Origin: Bacillus subtilis subsp. subtilis str. 168
GTDB taxonomy: Bacteria > Bacillota > Bacilli > Bacillales > Bacillaceae
DNA length: 32,000 nucleotides
Reading direction: 5' to 3'
Assembly (NCBI RefSeq): GCF_000009045.1
Contig: NC_000964.3
Location: 1,620,001 to 1,652,000, forward strand
Shown piece after piece: positions 14,837 through 24,071 of this stretch. Each line of letters opens with the position of its first letter. Position 1 is the stretch's first letter. Made by a program: the position numbers and the translations under genes. Below the pieces are notes generated by a model. The model did not search any database. It was not told where the DNA came from and was given only the letters and a program-made list of their open reading frames with translations.

Positions 14837-15622
14837 ATGAAACAAGCAATTTTATATGTCGGCCACGGCAGCCGGGTCAAAAAAGCGCAGCAAGAAGCCG
14901 CAGCCTTTTTGGAAGGATGCAAGGCCCACATCTCTGTGCCAGTACAAGAAATCAGCTTTTTAGAGCTTCAGGAGCCGACAATTGAGACAGGATTTGAAGC
15001 ATGTGTGAAGCAAGGTGCCACTCATATCGCAGTGGTGCCTCTGCTTCTTTTAACAGCTGCGCATGCAAAACATGATATTCCGGAAGAAATTGTCCGTGTT
15101 GCATCTCGATATCCATCAGTCCGTATTTCATACGGAAAGCCGATCGGGATTGACGAAGAAGTAGTCAAGGCTGTATATCACCGAATGAAAGACATAGGTG
15201 TTCCGTATGAAAATGCCAGAGTGGTGCTCATCGGAAGGGGAAGTTCAGATCCAGACGTCAAAAGAGACGTAACCGGAATTGCTAATCTTCTTCAGGAAAT
15301 GGTTCCAGTGAAGGAAGTCATTCCGTGCTTTTTGACAGCATGCGGCCCTAATTACAAAGAGGTTTTTTCAGAACTTGAAAAAGATGACGGCATAACAACC
15401 TTTATCGTTCCATATTTGCTTTTTACGGGTATGCTGATGAATGAAATCGAACGAGAGGTTCAGAAATTAAAAGCCCATAATCCGAACGTCTACCTCTCTT
15501 CCTATATCGGTTTTCATCCTCATGTGAAAAACGCATTTTTGAACCGTGTGAGAGAAACTGCGGCAAATTCTGAGGGACAATTTGATTTTGATGGAGGTTC
15601 ATATGCTTCCGCTGCACATTAG
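14837..15622 (+). CDS. sirB: Sirohydrochlorin ferrochelatase
   Basis: 261 aa; N-terminal ILYVGHGSRVKKAQQEA typical of CbiX/SirB, in a siroheme gene context (ylnE). Confidence 0.92.
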   Translation: MKQAILYVGHGSRVKKAQQEAAAFLEGCKAHISVPVQEISFLELQEPTIETGFEACVKQGATHIAVVPLLLLTAAHAKHDIPEEIVRVASRYPSVRISYGKPIGIDEEVVKAVYHRMKDIGVPYENARVVLIGRGSSDPDVKRDVTGIANLLQEMVPVKEVIPCFLTACGPNYKEVFSELEKDDGITTFIVPYLLFTGMLMNEIEREVQKLKAHNPNVYLSSYIGFHPHVKNAFLNRVRETAANSEGQFDFDGGSYASAAH

Positions 15623-16091
15623 CCTGGAAAAGAAGAAGGTTGTGATTGCGGGGGGCGGAAGCATCGCTCTCAGAAGGCTGAAAACGGTGATTTCTGAGGG
15701 AGCTGATATAACGCTTGTCAGTCCGGATGTGGAACCGGAAATCAAGCAAATGGCAGAAGAGCGGCGTATCAAATGGGAAAAACGGACAATTGAAAAAGAA
15801 GATTATCTCAATGCTTTCTTCATTATTGCTGCGACGGATAATGCGGCAGTGAACAAAGAAATTGCCCAATCCGCTTCGCCTTTTCAGCTTGTCAATTGTG
15901 TCAGTGACGCTGAGCTTGGCAATGTATATATGCCGAAAATCGTAAAAAGAGGGCATGTCACTGTGTCTGTTTCTACAAGCGGAGCCAGTCCAAAGCACAC
16001 GAAAGAGCTTGCTGAAAACGTGGATAAGCTGATTGACGGCGATTTTGTTGCTGAAGTGAACAGGCTTTATCAGATGAGAAGAAAGAAATAA
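15603..16091 (+). CDS. sirC: Precorrin-2 dehydrogenase
   Basis: 162 aa from MLPLHISLEKKKVVIAGGGSIALRR; NAD-binding GGGSIALRRL. ATG at 15603 has ggaggt upstream (ylnF). Confidence 0.93.
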   Translation: MLPLHISLEKKKVVIAGGGSIALRRLKTVISEGADITLVSPDVEPEIKQMAEERRIKWEKRTIEKEDYLNAFFIIAATDNAAVNKEIAQSASPFQLVNCVSDAELGNVYMPKIVKRGHVTVSVSTSGASPKHTKELAENVDKLIDGDFVAEVNRLYQMRRKK

Positions 16092-16123
16092 GCCAGAGCA
16101 TACAAATGCTCTGGCTTTTCTTT
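16091..16123. terminator. Terminator between convergent sirC and rqcH, possibly bidirectional
   Basis: agccagagca-tacaaa-tgctctggct: perfect 10-bp stem followed by ttttcttt on +. The reverse strand has the same stem with a weaker tail. Confidence 0.85.
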
Positions 16124-16130
16124 ATGCGGC

Positions 16131-17843
16131 TCAGCTTTTTTTGAGCTTGATGACAGTATCAGCATCAGGCGTGACAAAGACGGTATGCTGGCTGTCATAA
16201 GTGACGAAACCGGGTTTCGCGCCGTTTGGTTTTTTGACATGCCTGATTTTTGTATAATCTACAGGCACTGAACTTGAATCTTTAGCTTTTGAAAAATAAG
16301 CTGCAATTGTCGCGGCTTCCATGATTGTTTGCTCATCAGGTTCGCTGCTTCTGATCACAACGTGGGAGCCGGGAATGTCCTTCGTGTGAAGCCAGATATC
16401 GTCTCTGGCCGCCACTCTTGTCGTTAAATATTCATTTTGACGATTGTTCTTACCCACTAAAATTGTCAGCCCTGAGGTGGATTCATATGTTTCTAACACC
16501 GGATTGTGCGGTTTTTGCTTTTTCTGGCCTTTTTGCTGCTTAGGGCGTAAATATTTGCCCTCAACAAGCTCTTCCCTGATTTCGCTGATATCCCGGGGAG
16601 AAGCGGACGAAAGCTGCTGAATCAGCTGATCAAAATATTCGATCTCTTCCTGTGCCAGCCTGATTTGCTCCTCGACAACTGCGACCGAATTTTTCGCTTT
16701 CTGATACTTCGTGAAATAGGCCTGTGCGTTTTCAGAAGGCGTTTTGTTCGGGTTTAAAGGAATCGTGATTGTCGGGCTTTCTTCATCATAATAATTGATG
16801 ACCTCAGCCTGTTTATCACCTTTTTTCAGCATATATAAATTAGCGGTTAAAAGCTCTCCGTAAAGCTGAAATTCCTTCGCGTTTTCCGAATACTCCAGGG
16901 TTTTCTCTAATTTTTTGATTTTGTTGGCATTCTTCTTCCGTTCGTTCACAACAAAACGCTCAAGATCCTGAGCCTGTTGCTTAACCCGGTCTCGTTCAGC
17001 TTTTCCGAAATAAAAACGGTCGAGCAGTTCGCTTAATGAATCAAAACGGCGCGCTTCGCCCTTTAGATGAGTCAGCTCCAGCAGATAAAAATATTCCTTT
17101 CCGTTTACAGTCGTAATGTTGGGAATGAAACGGTGCTCTTTCACTTCGGCAAACAGTGCCAGCAACGCTTTTGGCAGTGTGACTTTGTTGGCAAGGCCTG
17201 CTCTGTGAACCGCTTCTTTGGCGAAAAGCGGAGACACGCCTGAAAAGTGGTCGACAATTTGTTTATCAAGCCTTCCTTCTTGAAAGCTGAGGTGACGCAA
17301 AATATCATCTTCTGACGCCTCAAGAGGCGATATTTTGTCCTGAGCAGGCGGAAGCTTATAATCTTGGCCGGGCAGTACTGTACGGTAGCTGTTCATTGAC
17401 GGTGATAAATGCTTAAGTCCGTCGATAATCACATTTTCTGCTGCGTCAGTCAAAATGATATTGCTGTGGCGGCCCATAATTTCTACATAAAGCTTTCGTA
17501 CGGTTTCATCGCCAATTTCGTTTCGGCTTTTGATATGAAAAATCATAATGCGGTCTAAGCCCGCTTGTTCAATTTTCTCAATGAATCCGCCTTCGATATG
17601 CTTTCTCAGCAACATGCAAAACATTGGCGGTTCGCTTGGATTTTCATAAGCTTGTGCCGTGATATGCACCCGTGAATAGCTCGGATGTGCCGATAATAAT
17701 AGTTTTTGGTTTTTTCCCTTGGCACGGATGTGGAAAATCACATCGTGCTTATATGGCTGATGGATTTTTGTAATTCGTCCGCCCATTATTTTCTCGTTAA
17801 GTTCGTGTGTCATTCCGTATGTAAACATGCCATCAAACGACAT
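16131..17843 (-). CDS. rqcH: Ribosome quality control factor RqcH (NEMF/Rqc2/Tae2-like, NFACT family)
   Basis: About 570 aa starting [19 protein letters not shown]; coiled-coil middle; C-terminal NFACT-R region with [19 protein letters not shown] (yloA / 'FbpA-like'). Confidence 0.94.
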   Translation of the reverse strand: MSFDGMFTYGMTHELNEKIMGGRITKIHQPYKHDVIFHIRAKGKNQKLLLSAHPSYSRVHITAQAYENPSEPPMFCMLLRKHIEGGFIEKIEQAGLDRIMIFHIKSRNEIGDETVRKLYVEIMGRHSNIILTDAAENVIIDGLKHLSPSMNSYRTVLPGQDYKLPPAQDKISPLEASEDDILRHLSFQEGRLDKQIVDHFSGVSPLFAKEAVHRAGLANKVTLPKALLALFAEVKEHRFIPNITTVNGKEYFYLLELTHLKGEARRFDSLSELLDRFYFGKAERDRVKQQAQDLERFVVNERKKNANKIKKLEKTLEYSENAKEFQLYGELLTANLYMLKKGDKQAEVINYYDEESPTITIPLNPNKTPSENAQAYFTKYQKAKNSVAVVEEQIRLAQEEIEYFDQLIQQLSSASPRDISEIREELVEGKYLRPKQQKGQKKQKPHNPVLETYESTSGLTILVGKNNRQNEYLTTRVAARDDIWLHTKDIPGSHVVIRSSEPDEQTIMEAATIAAYFSKAKDSSSVPVDYTKIRHVKKPNGAKPGFVTYDSQHTVFVTPDADTVIKLKKS

Positions 17844-17879
17844 ATGCAATACACCCTCTCATTCTTCCTGCATTCGATA

Positions 17880-17908
17880 ATTATAGCATGAAATGGGACG
17901 AGTCAGAA
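17880..17908 (-). promoter_or_regulatory. Candidate extended -10 promoter for rqcH
   Basis: On the - strand: TTCTGA-N17-TATAAT preceded by TGC (TGCTATAAT), about 37 nt upstream of the rqcH ATG. Confidence 0.55.
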
Positions 17909-17964
17909 TAAGCATGCTTATAGAGTGATATCTCTATAAGAGAGCAGGGGAGTGGACGAGCGGA

Positions 17965-20637
17965 ATGAAGTTTCATGAAATGGGACAAACAGATTTACTA
18001 GAGGCAACCAATACGTCCATGAAACAAGGATTAACAGAAAAAGAGGTAAAAAAACGCCTTGACAAGCATGGACCAAACGAGCTGCAAGAAGGGAAAAAAA
18101 CTTCAGCGCTTCTCTTGTTTTTCGCGCAGTTCAAAGATTTTATGGTGCTTGTGCTTCTGGCGGCAACGTTAATCTCAGGATTTCTTGGTGAATATGTAGA
18201 TGCGGTTGCGATTATTGCGATTGTGTTTGTGAATGGCATACTCGGTTTCTTTCAAGAAAGGCGTGCTGAGCAATCTCTTCAGGCTTTAAAAGAGCTTTCA
18301 ACACCGCACGTCATGGCACTCAGGGAAGGAAGCTGGACAAAGATTCCTTCTAAGGAACTGGTGCCGGGTGATATTGTGAAATTTACGAGCGGGGACAGAA
18401 TTGGCGCAGACGTTCGAATTGTTGAAGCGAGAAGCCTTGAAATAGAAGAATCAGCGCTAACCGGGGAATCAATCCCGGTTGTGAAGCATGCTGATAAATT
18501 GAAAAAACCGGATGTTTCACTCGGCGATATTACCAATATGGCATTTATGGGTACGATTGTGACCCGCGGCAGCGGTGTCGGGGTTGTCGTCGGGACAGGA
18601 ATGAATACGGCTATGGGGAAAATTGCCGACATGCTTGAATCGGCAGGGACATTGTCAACCCCGCTGCAAAGAAGACTGGAGCAGCTCGGGAAGATTTTGA
18701 TTGTTGTTGCATTGCTTCTGACCGTACTTGTCGTTGCTGTCGGTGTTATTCAGGGTCATGATCTGTACAGTATGTTTTTAGCAGGTGTCTCGTTAGCGGT
18801 AGCCGCTATTCCGGAGGGGCTGCCGGCGATTGTGACAGTGGCGCTTTCGCTTGGTGTACAGAGGATGATTAAACAAAAATCCATTGTTAGAAAGCTTCCT
18901 GCTGTTGAAACGCTTGGGTGTGCGTCTATCATTTGCTCAGATAAAACAGGGACAATGACCCAAAACAAAATGACAGTGACGCATGTCTGGTCCGGAGGGA
19001 AAACATGGAGAGTGGCAGGGGCCGGCTATGAACCGAAAGGAAGCTTCACACTAAACGAAAAAGAGATCAGTGTCAATGAACATAAGCCGCTTCAGCAGAT
19101 GCTTCTGTTCGGAGCGCTTTGTAACAACTCCAATATTGAGAAAAGAGACGGCGAATATGTGCTTGACGGAGATCCGACAGAGGGAGCGCTGCTCACCGCG
19201 GCAAGAAAAGGCGGTTTTTCAAAGGAGTTTGTTGAATCTAATTACAGAGTGATTGAAGAATTTCCGTTTGATTCCGCACGGAAAATGATGACTGTCATCG
19301 TAGAGAATCAAGACAGAAAGCGCTATATCATTACAAAAGGTGCGCCGGATGTACTCATGCAGCGATCTTCCCGTATTTATTATGATGGCTCAGCGGCTCT
19401 TTTTTCAAATGAAAGAAAAGCAGAAACAGAGGCGGTATTAAGACATTTGGCATCACAGGCGCTCAGAACGATAGCGGTCGCCTACAGGCCGATAAAAGCA
19501 GGCGAAACACCGTCAATGGAGCAGGCGGAAAAAGATCTGACCATGCTTGGCCTTTCAGGTATCATTGATCCCCCGCGGCCGGAAGTCAGACAGGCGATTA
19601 AAGAATGCCGTGAAGCGGGAATTAAGACCGTCATGATTACAGGTGATCATGTAGAAACCGCTAAAGCGATAGCGAAAGACTTGCGCCTCCTTCCGAAAAG
19701 CGGCAAAATCATGGACGGCAAGATGCTGAATGAACTTTCTCAAGAAGAGCTTTCTCATGTGGTGGAGGATGTGTATGTATTTGCCCGCGTTTCCCCTGAA
19801 CATAAACTAAAAATCGTAAAAGCCTATCAGGAGAACGGGCATATTGTGGCGATGACGGGAGACGGCGTCAATGATGCTCCTGCCATTAAACAGGCTGATA
19901 TCGGCGTCTCTATGGGCATTACCGGGACAGATGTGGCCAAAGAAGCATCATCTCTTGTTCTCGTGGATGATAATTTTGCGACGATTAAATCAGCGATAAA
20001 AGAAGGCAGGAACATCTACGAAAATATCAGGAAGTTTATCAGATACCTGTTGGCGTCTAACGTCGGAGAAATCCTTGTCATGCTGTTTGCGATGCTGCTT
20101 GCCCTTCCTTTACCGCTGGTTCCGATTCAGATTTTGTGGGTCAACTTGGTGACGGACGGATTGCCGGCAATGGCGCTCGGCATGGATCAGCCGGAAGGAG
20201 ACGTCATGAAGCGCAAGCCCCGTCATCCGAAAGAAGGGGTATTTGCCCGCAAGCTAGGATGGAAGGTCGTTTCCAGAGGATTTTTAATCGGAGTTGCCAC
20301 TATTTTAGCGTTTATCATTGTGTACCACCGCAATCCGGAAAACTTGGCTTATGCCCAGACGATCGCGTTTGCCACATTGGTGCTCGCTCAGCTTATTCAC
20401 GTGTTTGACTGCCGCAGCGAAACTTCTGTTTTCTCTAGAAATCCGTTTCAAAACCTGTATTTAATCGGCGCGGTATTGTCATCCATTTTGCTGATGCTTG
20501 TAGTAATCTACTATCCGCCGCTTCAGCCGATTTTCCATACTGTAGCCATCACGCCGGGGGACTGGATGCTCGTCATCGGTATGTCCGCCATCCCTACTTT
20601 TTTGCTGGCGGGGTCACTTTTAACAAGAAAAAAATAA
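17965..20637 (+). CDS. yloB: P-type cation-transporting ATPase (Ca2+-ATPase, SERCA-like PIIA)
   Basis: 890 aa; phosphorylation motif [13 protein letters not shown]; [30 protein letters not shown]; PEGLPA in TM4. Confidence 0.94.
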   Translation: MKFHEMGQTDLLEATNTSMKQGLTEKEVKKRLDKHGPNELQEGKKTSALLLFFAQFKDFMVLVLLAATLISGFLGEYVDAVAIIAIVFVNGILGFFQERRAEQSLQALKELSTPHVMALREGSWTKIPSKELVPGDIVKFTSGDRIGADVRIVEARSLEIEESALTGESIPVVKHADKLKKPDVSLGDITNMAFMGTIVTRGSGVGVVVGTGMNTAMGKIADMLESAGTLSTPLQRRLEQLGKILIVVALLLTVLVVAVGVIQGHDLYSMFLAGVSLAVAAIPEGLPAIVTVALSLGVQRMIKQKSIVRKLPAVETLGCASIICSDKTGTMTQNKMTVTHVWSGGKTWRVAGAGYEPKGSFTLNEKEISVNEHKPLQQMLLFGALCNNSNIEKRDGEYVLDGDPTEGALLTAARKGGFSKEFVESNYRVIEEFPFDSARKMMTVIVENQDRKRYIITKGAPDVLMQRSSRIYYDGSAALFSNERKAETEAVLRHLASQALRTIAVAYRPIKAGETPSMEQAEKDLTMLGLSGIIDPPRPEVRQAIKECREAGIKTVMITGDHVETAKAIAKDLRLLPKSGKIMDGKMLNELSQEELSHVVEDVYVFARVSPEHKLKIVKAYQENGHIVAMTGDGVNDAPAIKQADIGVSMGITGTDVAKEASSLVLVDDNFATIKSAIKEGRNIYENIRKFIRYLLASNVGEILVMLFAMLLALPLPLVPIQILWVNLVTDGLPAMALGMDQPEGDVMKRKPRHPKEGVFARKLGWKVVSRGFLIGVATILAFIIVYHRNPENLAYAQTIAFATLVLAQLIHVFDCRSETSVFSRNPFQNLYLIGAVLSSILLMLVVIYYPPLQPIFHTVAITPGDWMLVIGMSAIPTFLLAGSLLTRKK

Positions 20638-20655
20638 ATTCATATGATATAATCT

Positions 20656-20694
20656 TAGGGGTAATAGCGTGTCTATTGCCCTTTTATTATGAGA
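20656..20694 (+). terminator. Probable intrinsic terminator downstream of yloB
   Basis: aggggtaata-gcgtgtc-tattgccctttt: stem with one G-T pair and a short T run. Confidence 0.6.
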
Positions 20695-20719
20695 ACAGGG
20701 AAGAATTGGGTGTTTTAAA

Positions 20720-21595
20720 ATGATACGAAGTATGACAGGCTTCGGCAGTGCAAGCAAAACACAAGACGATCTCTCTGTAAGCGTTGAACTTAAATCTGTG
20801 AACTACAGATTTAAAGAAGTGAACGCTCGTTTGCCAAGGCCTTTGCTATATTTTGAAGATAAGCTGAAACAGACCATTCTGCAGCATATTCAGCGCGGAA
20901 GAATTGAGCTTTTCGTATCCGTTGACAGCGATATGCTTGTTGAGAAAAGGCTTGAAATTGATTGGCCGCTGCTCGATGAGTTTGTCGCAGCCGCGAGAGA
21001 TATGAAGAAGCGGTATCAATTGTCTGCAGAGCCCGATGTAATGGATTTCTTTAAGCTTGATCATGTCGTCCAGGTTCATGAAGAACAGACGCAAAATGAC
21101 AAGCTGGAGGCGTTGATCATCGATGCTGCAGAAGAAGCGGTAAAAGGTCTCTGTGAAATGCGTGAAAAAGAGGGGCTGCTCTTAGCGAAAGACTGCCTGA
21201 TGCATATTGATCAGCTTGAAGAGCTGGTGAGAGAAACTGAATTGCTGGCTGCAGATGTCGTATCTCGTTACCGGGAACGGCTGTATGCCAGAATCAAAGA
21301 ATGGACTGAAGACGTATTAGACGAGAGCCGGCTTGTAACAGAATGCGCTATTTTTGCAGACCGCTCTGATATCACTGAAGAGATTACAAGGCTGAAGAGC
21401 CACTTCGCCCAGTTTCGTGATATATTAGCTAGTGGCGGAGCTGTCGGGCGCAAACTCGACTTTCTTGTTCAGGAGCTCAATCGGGAAGCAAATACGATCG
21501 GCTCAAAAGCAAATGATCATCAGATCACAAAGCTTGTCGTTGAAATGAAAAGTTCTATTGAAAAAATAAAAGAACAAGTGCAAAATATAGAATAG
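20720..21595 (+). CDS. yloC: YicC/YloC family protein (endoribonuclease family)
   Basis: 291 aa; N-terminal MIRSMTGFGSAS and C-terminal GRKLDFLVQELNREANTIGSKA, typical of YicC/YloC. Confidence 0.93.
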   Translation: MIRSMTGFGSASKTQDDLSVSVELKSVNYRFKEVNARLPRPLLYFEDKLKQTILQHIQRGRIELFVSVDSDMLVEKRLEIDWPLLDEFVAAARDMKKRYQLSAEPDVMDFFKLDHVVQVHEEQTQNDKLEALIIDAAEEAVKGLCEMREKEGLLLAKDCLMHIDQLEELVRETELLAADVVSRYRERLYARIKEWTEDVLDESRLVTECAIFADRSDITEEITRLKSHFAQFRDILASGGAVGRKLDFLVQELNREANTIGSKANDHQITKLVVEMKSSIEKIKEQVQNIE

Positions 21596-21671
21596 TGACT
21601 GTGCGTATTGTTTACAGACGGTCTTACTAGGCTAAACTAGAGACGTCTATTTTACAGGGGGAACGTAGAAG

Positions 21672-22563
<892 letters not shown>

Positions 22564-22566
22564 TCA

Positions 22567-22770
22567 ATGTTAGATCCGTCAATTGATTCTTTAATGAATA
22601 AATTAGATTCAAAATATACGCTGGTGACTGTTTCTGCGAGACGTGCCCGTGAAATGCAAATCAAAAAAGACCAAATGATTGAACATACGATTTCACACAA
22701 ATATGTAGGCAAAGCTTTAGAAGAAATTGATGCAGGCCTGCTTTCGTTTGAAAAGGAAGACCGCGAATAG
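22567..22770 (+). CDS. rpoZ: RNA polymerase omega subunit
   Basis: 67 aa; [30 protein letters not shown]; directly after gmk. Confidence 0.95.
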   Translation: MLDPSIDSLMNKLDSKYTLVTVSARRAREMQIKKDQMIEHTISHKYVGKALEEIDAGLLSFEKEDRE

Positions 22771-22780
22771 TAGCACAAGT

Positions 22781-22813
22781 AGCAACCTATATCATGTAGG
22801 TTGTTATTTTTTT
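22781..22813 (+). terminator. Intrinsic terminator between rpoZ and coaBC
   Basis: gcaacctatatcatgtaggttgttattttttt: 6-8 bp stem (aaccta/taggtt) followed by T-rich tail. Confidence 0.75.
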
Positions 22814-22850
22814 CCGTGCGGTTTTGTAAAGTGCAGAGGGGGAGAATTCA

Positions 22851-24071
22851 TTGCTTAACAATCGAAATGTGTTACTTTGCGTGAGTGGAGGCATCGCTGT
22901 TTATAAAGCCTGTGCGTTAACGAGCAAGCTGGTTCAGGCAGGAGCAAATGTCAAAGTGATTATGACTGAATCCGCTTGCCGATTCGTTTCACCGCTGACA
23001 TTTCAGGCATTGAGCCGCCACGAAGTCTATACAGATACATTTAAAGAACAAAATCCAAGCGTCATTTCTCATATTGATGCCGCAGACTGGGCCGACTTGA
23101 TTATCGTAGCGCCGGCTACGGCTAATGTGATTGGAAAACTGGCAAACGGCATCGCTGATGATATGCTGACGACAACATTGTTGGCAGCAACGGCTCCCGT
23201 TTGGATCGCGCCGGCAATGAACGTTCATATGTATGACCACCCGGCAGTCAAACGAAACATTTCTGTTCTTTATCAGGACGGTTATTGTTTTATTGAGCCA
23301 AGTGAGGGCTATTTAGCATGCGGTTACGTAGGAAAAGGCAGATTGGAAGAGCCGGAAAACATCGTAAAGCTGGCCGAAAAACATTTTGCTGAAGAAACAT
23401 CCGCTCCTTTAGAAGGCAAGCATGTGGTCATTACAGCCGGCCCAACGCGGGAAGCGATTGATCCTGTCCGGTTTTTTACCAATAAATCGACGGGCAAAAT
23501 GGGCTACGCACTGGCGGAGGCTGCTGTTCAGCTCGGCGCACGGGTAATCTTAATTTCTGGGCCTGTTTCACTTGATCAGCCTAAAGGCCTTGCTGAGTTT
23601 ATCCCTGTTCAATCGGCTGCGGATATGCGCGAAGCTGTGCTCTCTGTGTATGACGCAAGCGATATAGTCATTAAAACAGCTGCGGTAGCCGATTTTACGC
23701 CGAAAACAGTATTTGACCATAAAATGAAAAAACAAGACGGCGGCATGACCTTAGAACTGAAAAGAACAGTCGATATTTTGAAAGAATTGGGCGAGAAAAA
23801 GAAAGAGCAGATTTTGGTCGGATTTGCCGCCGAAACACAAGACATTGAACACTATGCACGTAAAAAGCTCGCCGCTAAAAACCTTGATTTGATTGTGGCA
23901 AATGATGTGAAAGCAAATGGGGCCGGTTTTGGTGCTGATACGAATATCGTGACAATCTTTTTCAAAGACGGGCATAAACGCGAACTCCCGATTATGTCTA
24001 AGCTCGATGTTTCTTTTGAAATCCTTCAGGAGATCGCAGCCCTCTCAAAACAAACCGGAGAGCGCTCATGA
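22851..24071 (+). CDS. coaBC: Bifunctional phosphopantothenoylcysteine decarboxylase / phosphopantothenate-cysteine ligase
   Basis: 406 aa; VSGGIAVYKA, PAMNVHMYDHPA, TAGPTREAIDPVRFFTNKSTGKMG (yloI). Confidence 0.95.
   Translation: MLNNRNVLLCVSGGIAVYKACALTSKLVQAGANVKVIMTESACRFVSPLTFQALSRHEVYTDTFKEQNPSVISHIDAADWADLIIVAPATANVIGKLANGIADDMLTTTLLAATAPVWIAPAMNVHMYDHPAVKRNISVLYQDGYCFIEPSEGYLACGYVGKGRLEEPENIVKLAEKHFAEETSAPLEGKHVVITAGPTREAIDPVRFFTNKSTGKMGYALAEAAVQLGARVILISGPVSLDQPKGLAEFIPVQSAADMREAVLSVYDASDIVIKTAAVADFTPKTVFDHKMKKQDGGMTLELKRTVDILKELGEKKKEQILVGFAAETQDIEHYARKKLAAKNLDLIVANDVKANGAGFGADTNIVTIFFKDGHKRELPIMSKLDVSFEILQEIAALSKQTGERS

Noticed and set aside
15423-15998. 191-aa - strand ORF antisense to sirB/sirC
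   Set aside because: The + strand proteins here are recognisable siroheme enzymes with SDs. The antisense product is low-complexity, F/H/R-rich and has no recognisable domain. It looks like a shadow ORF.
20638-20660. tatgatataatc resembling a -10 box before yloC
   Set aside because: No acceptable -35 hexamer at 16-18 nt spacing, and the AT-rich context makes chance matches likely.
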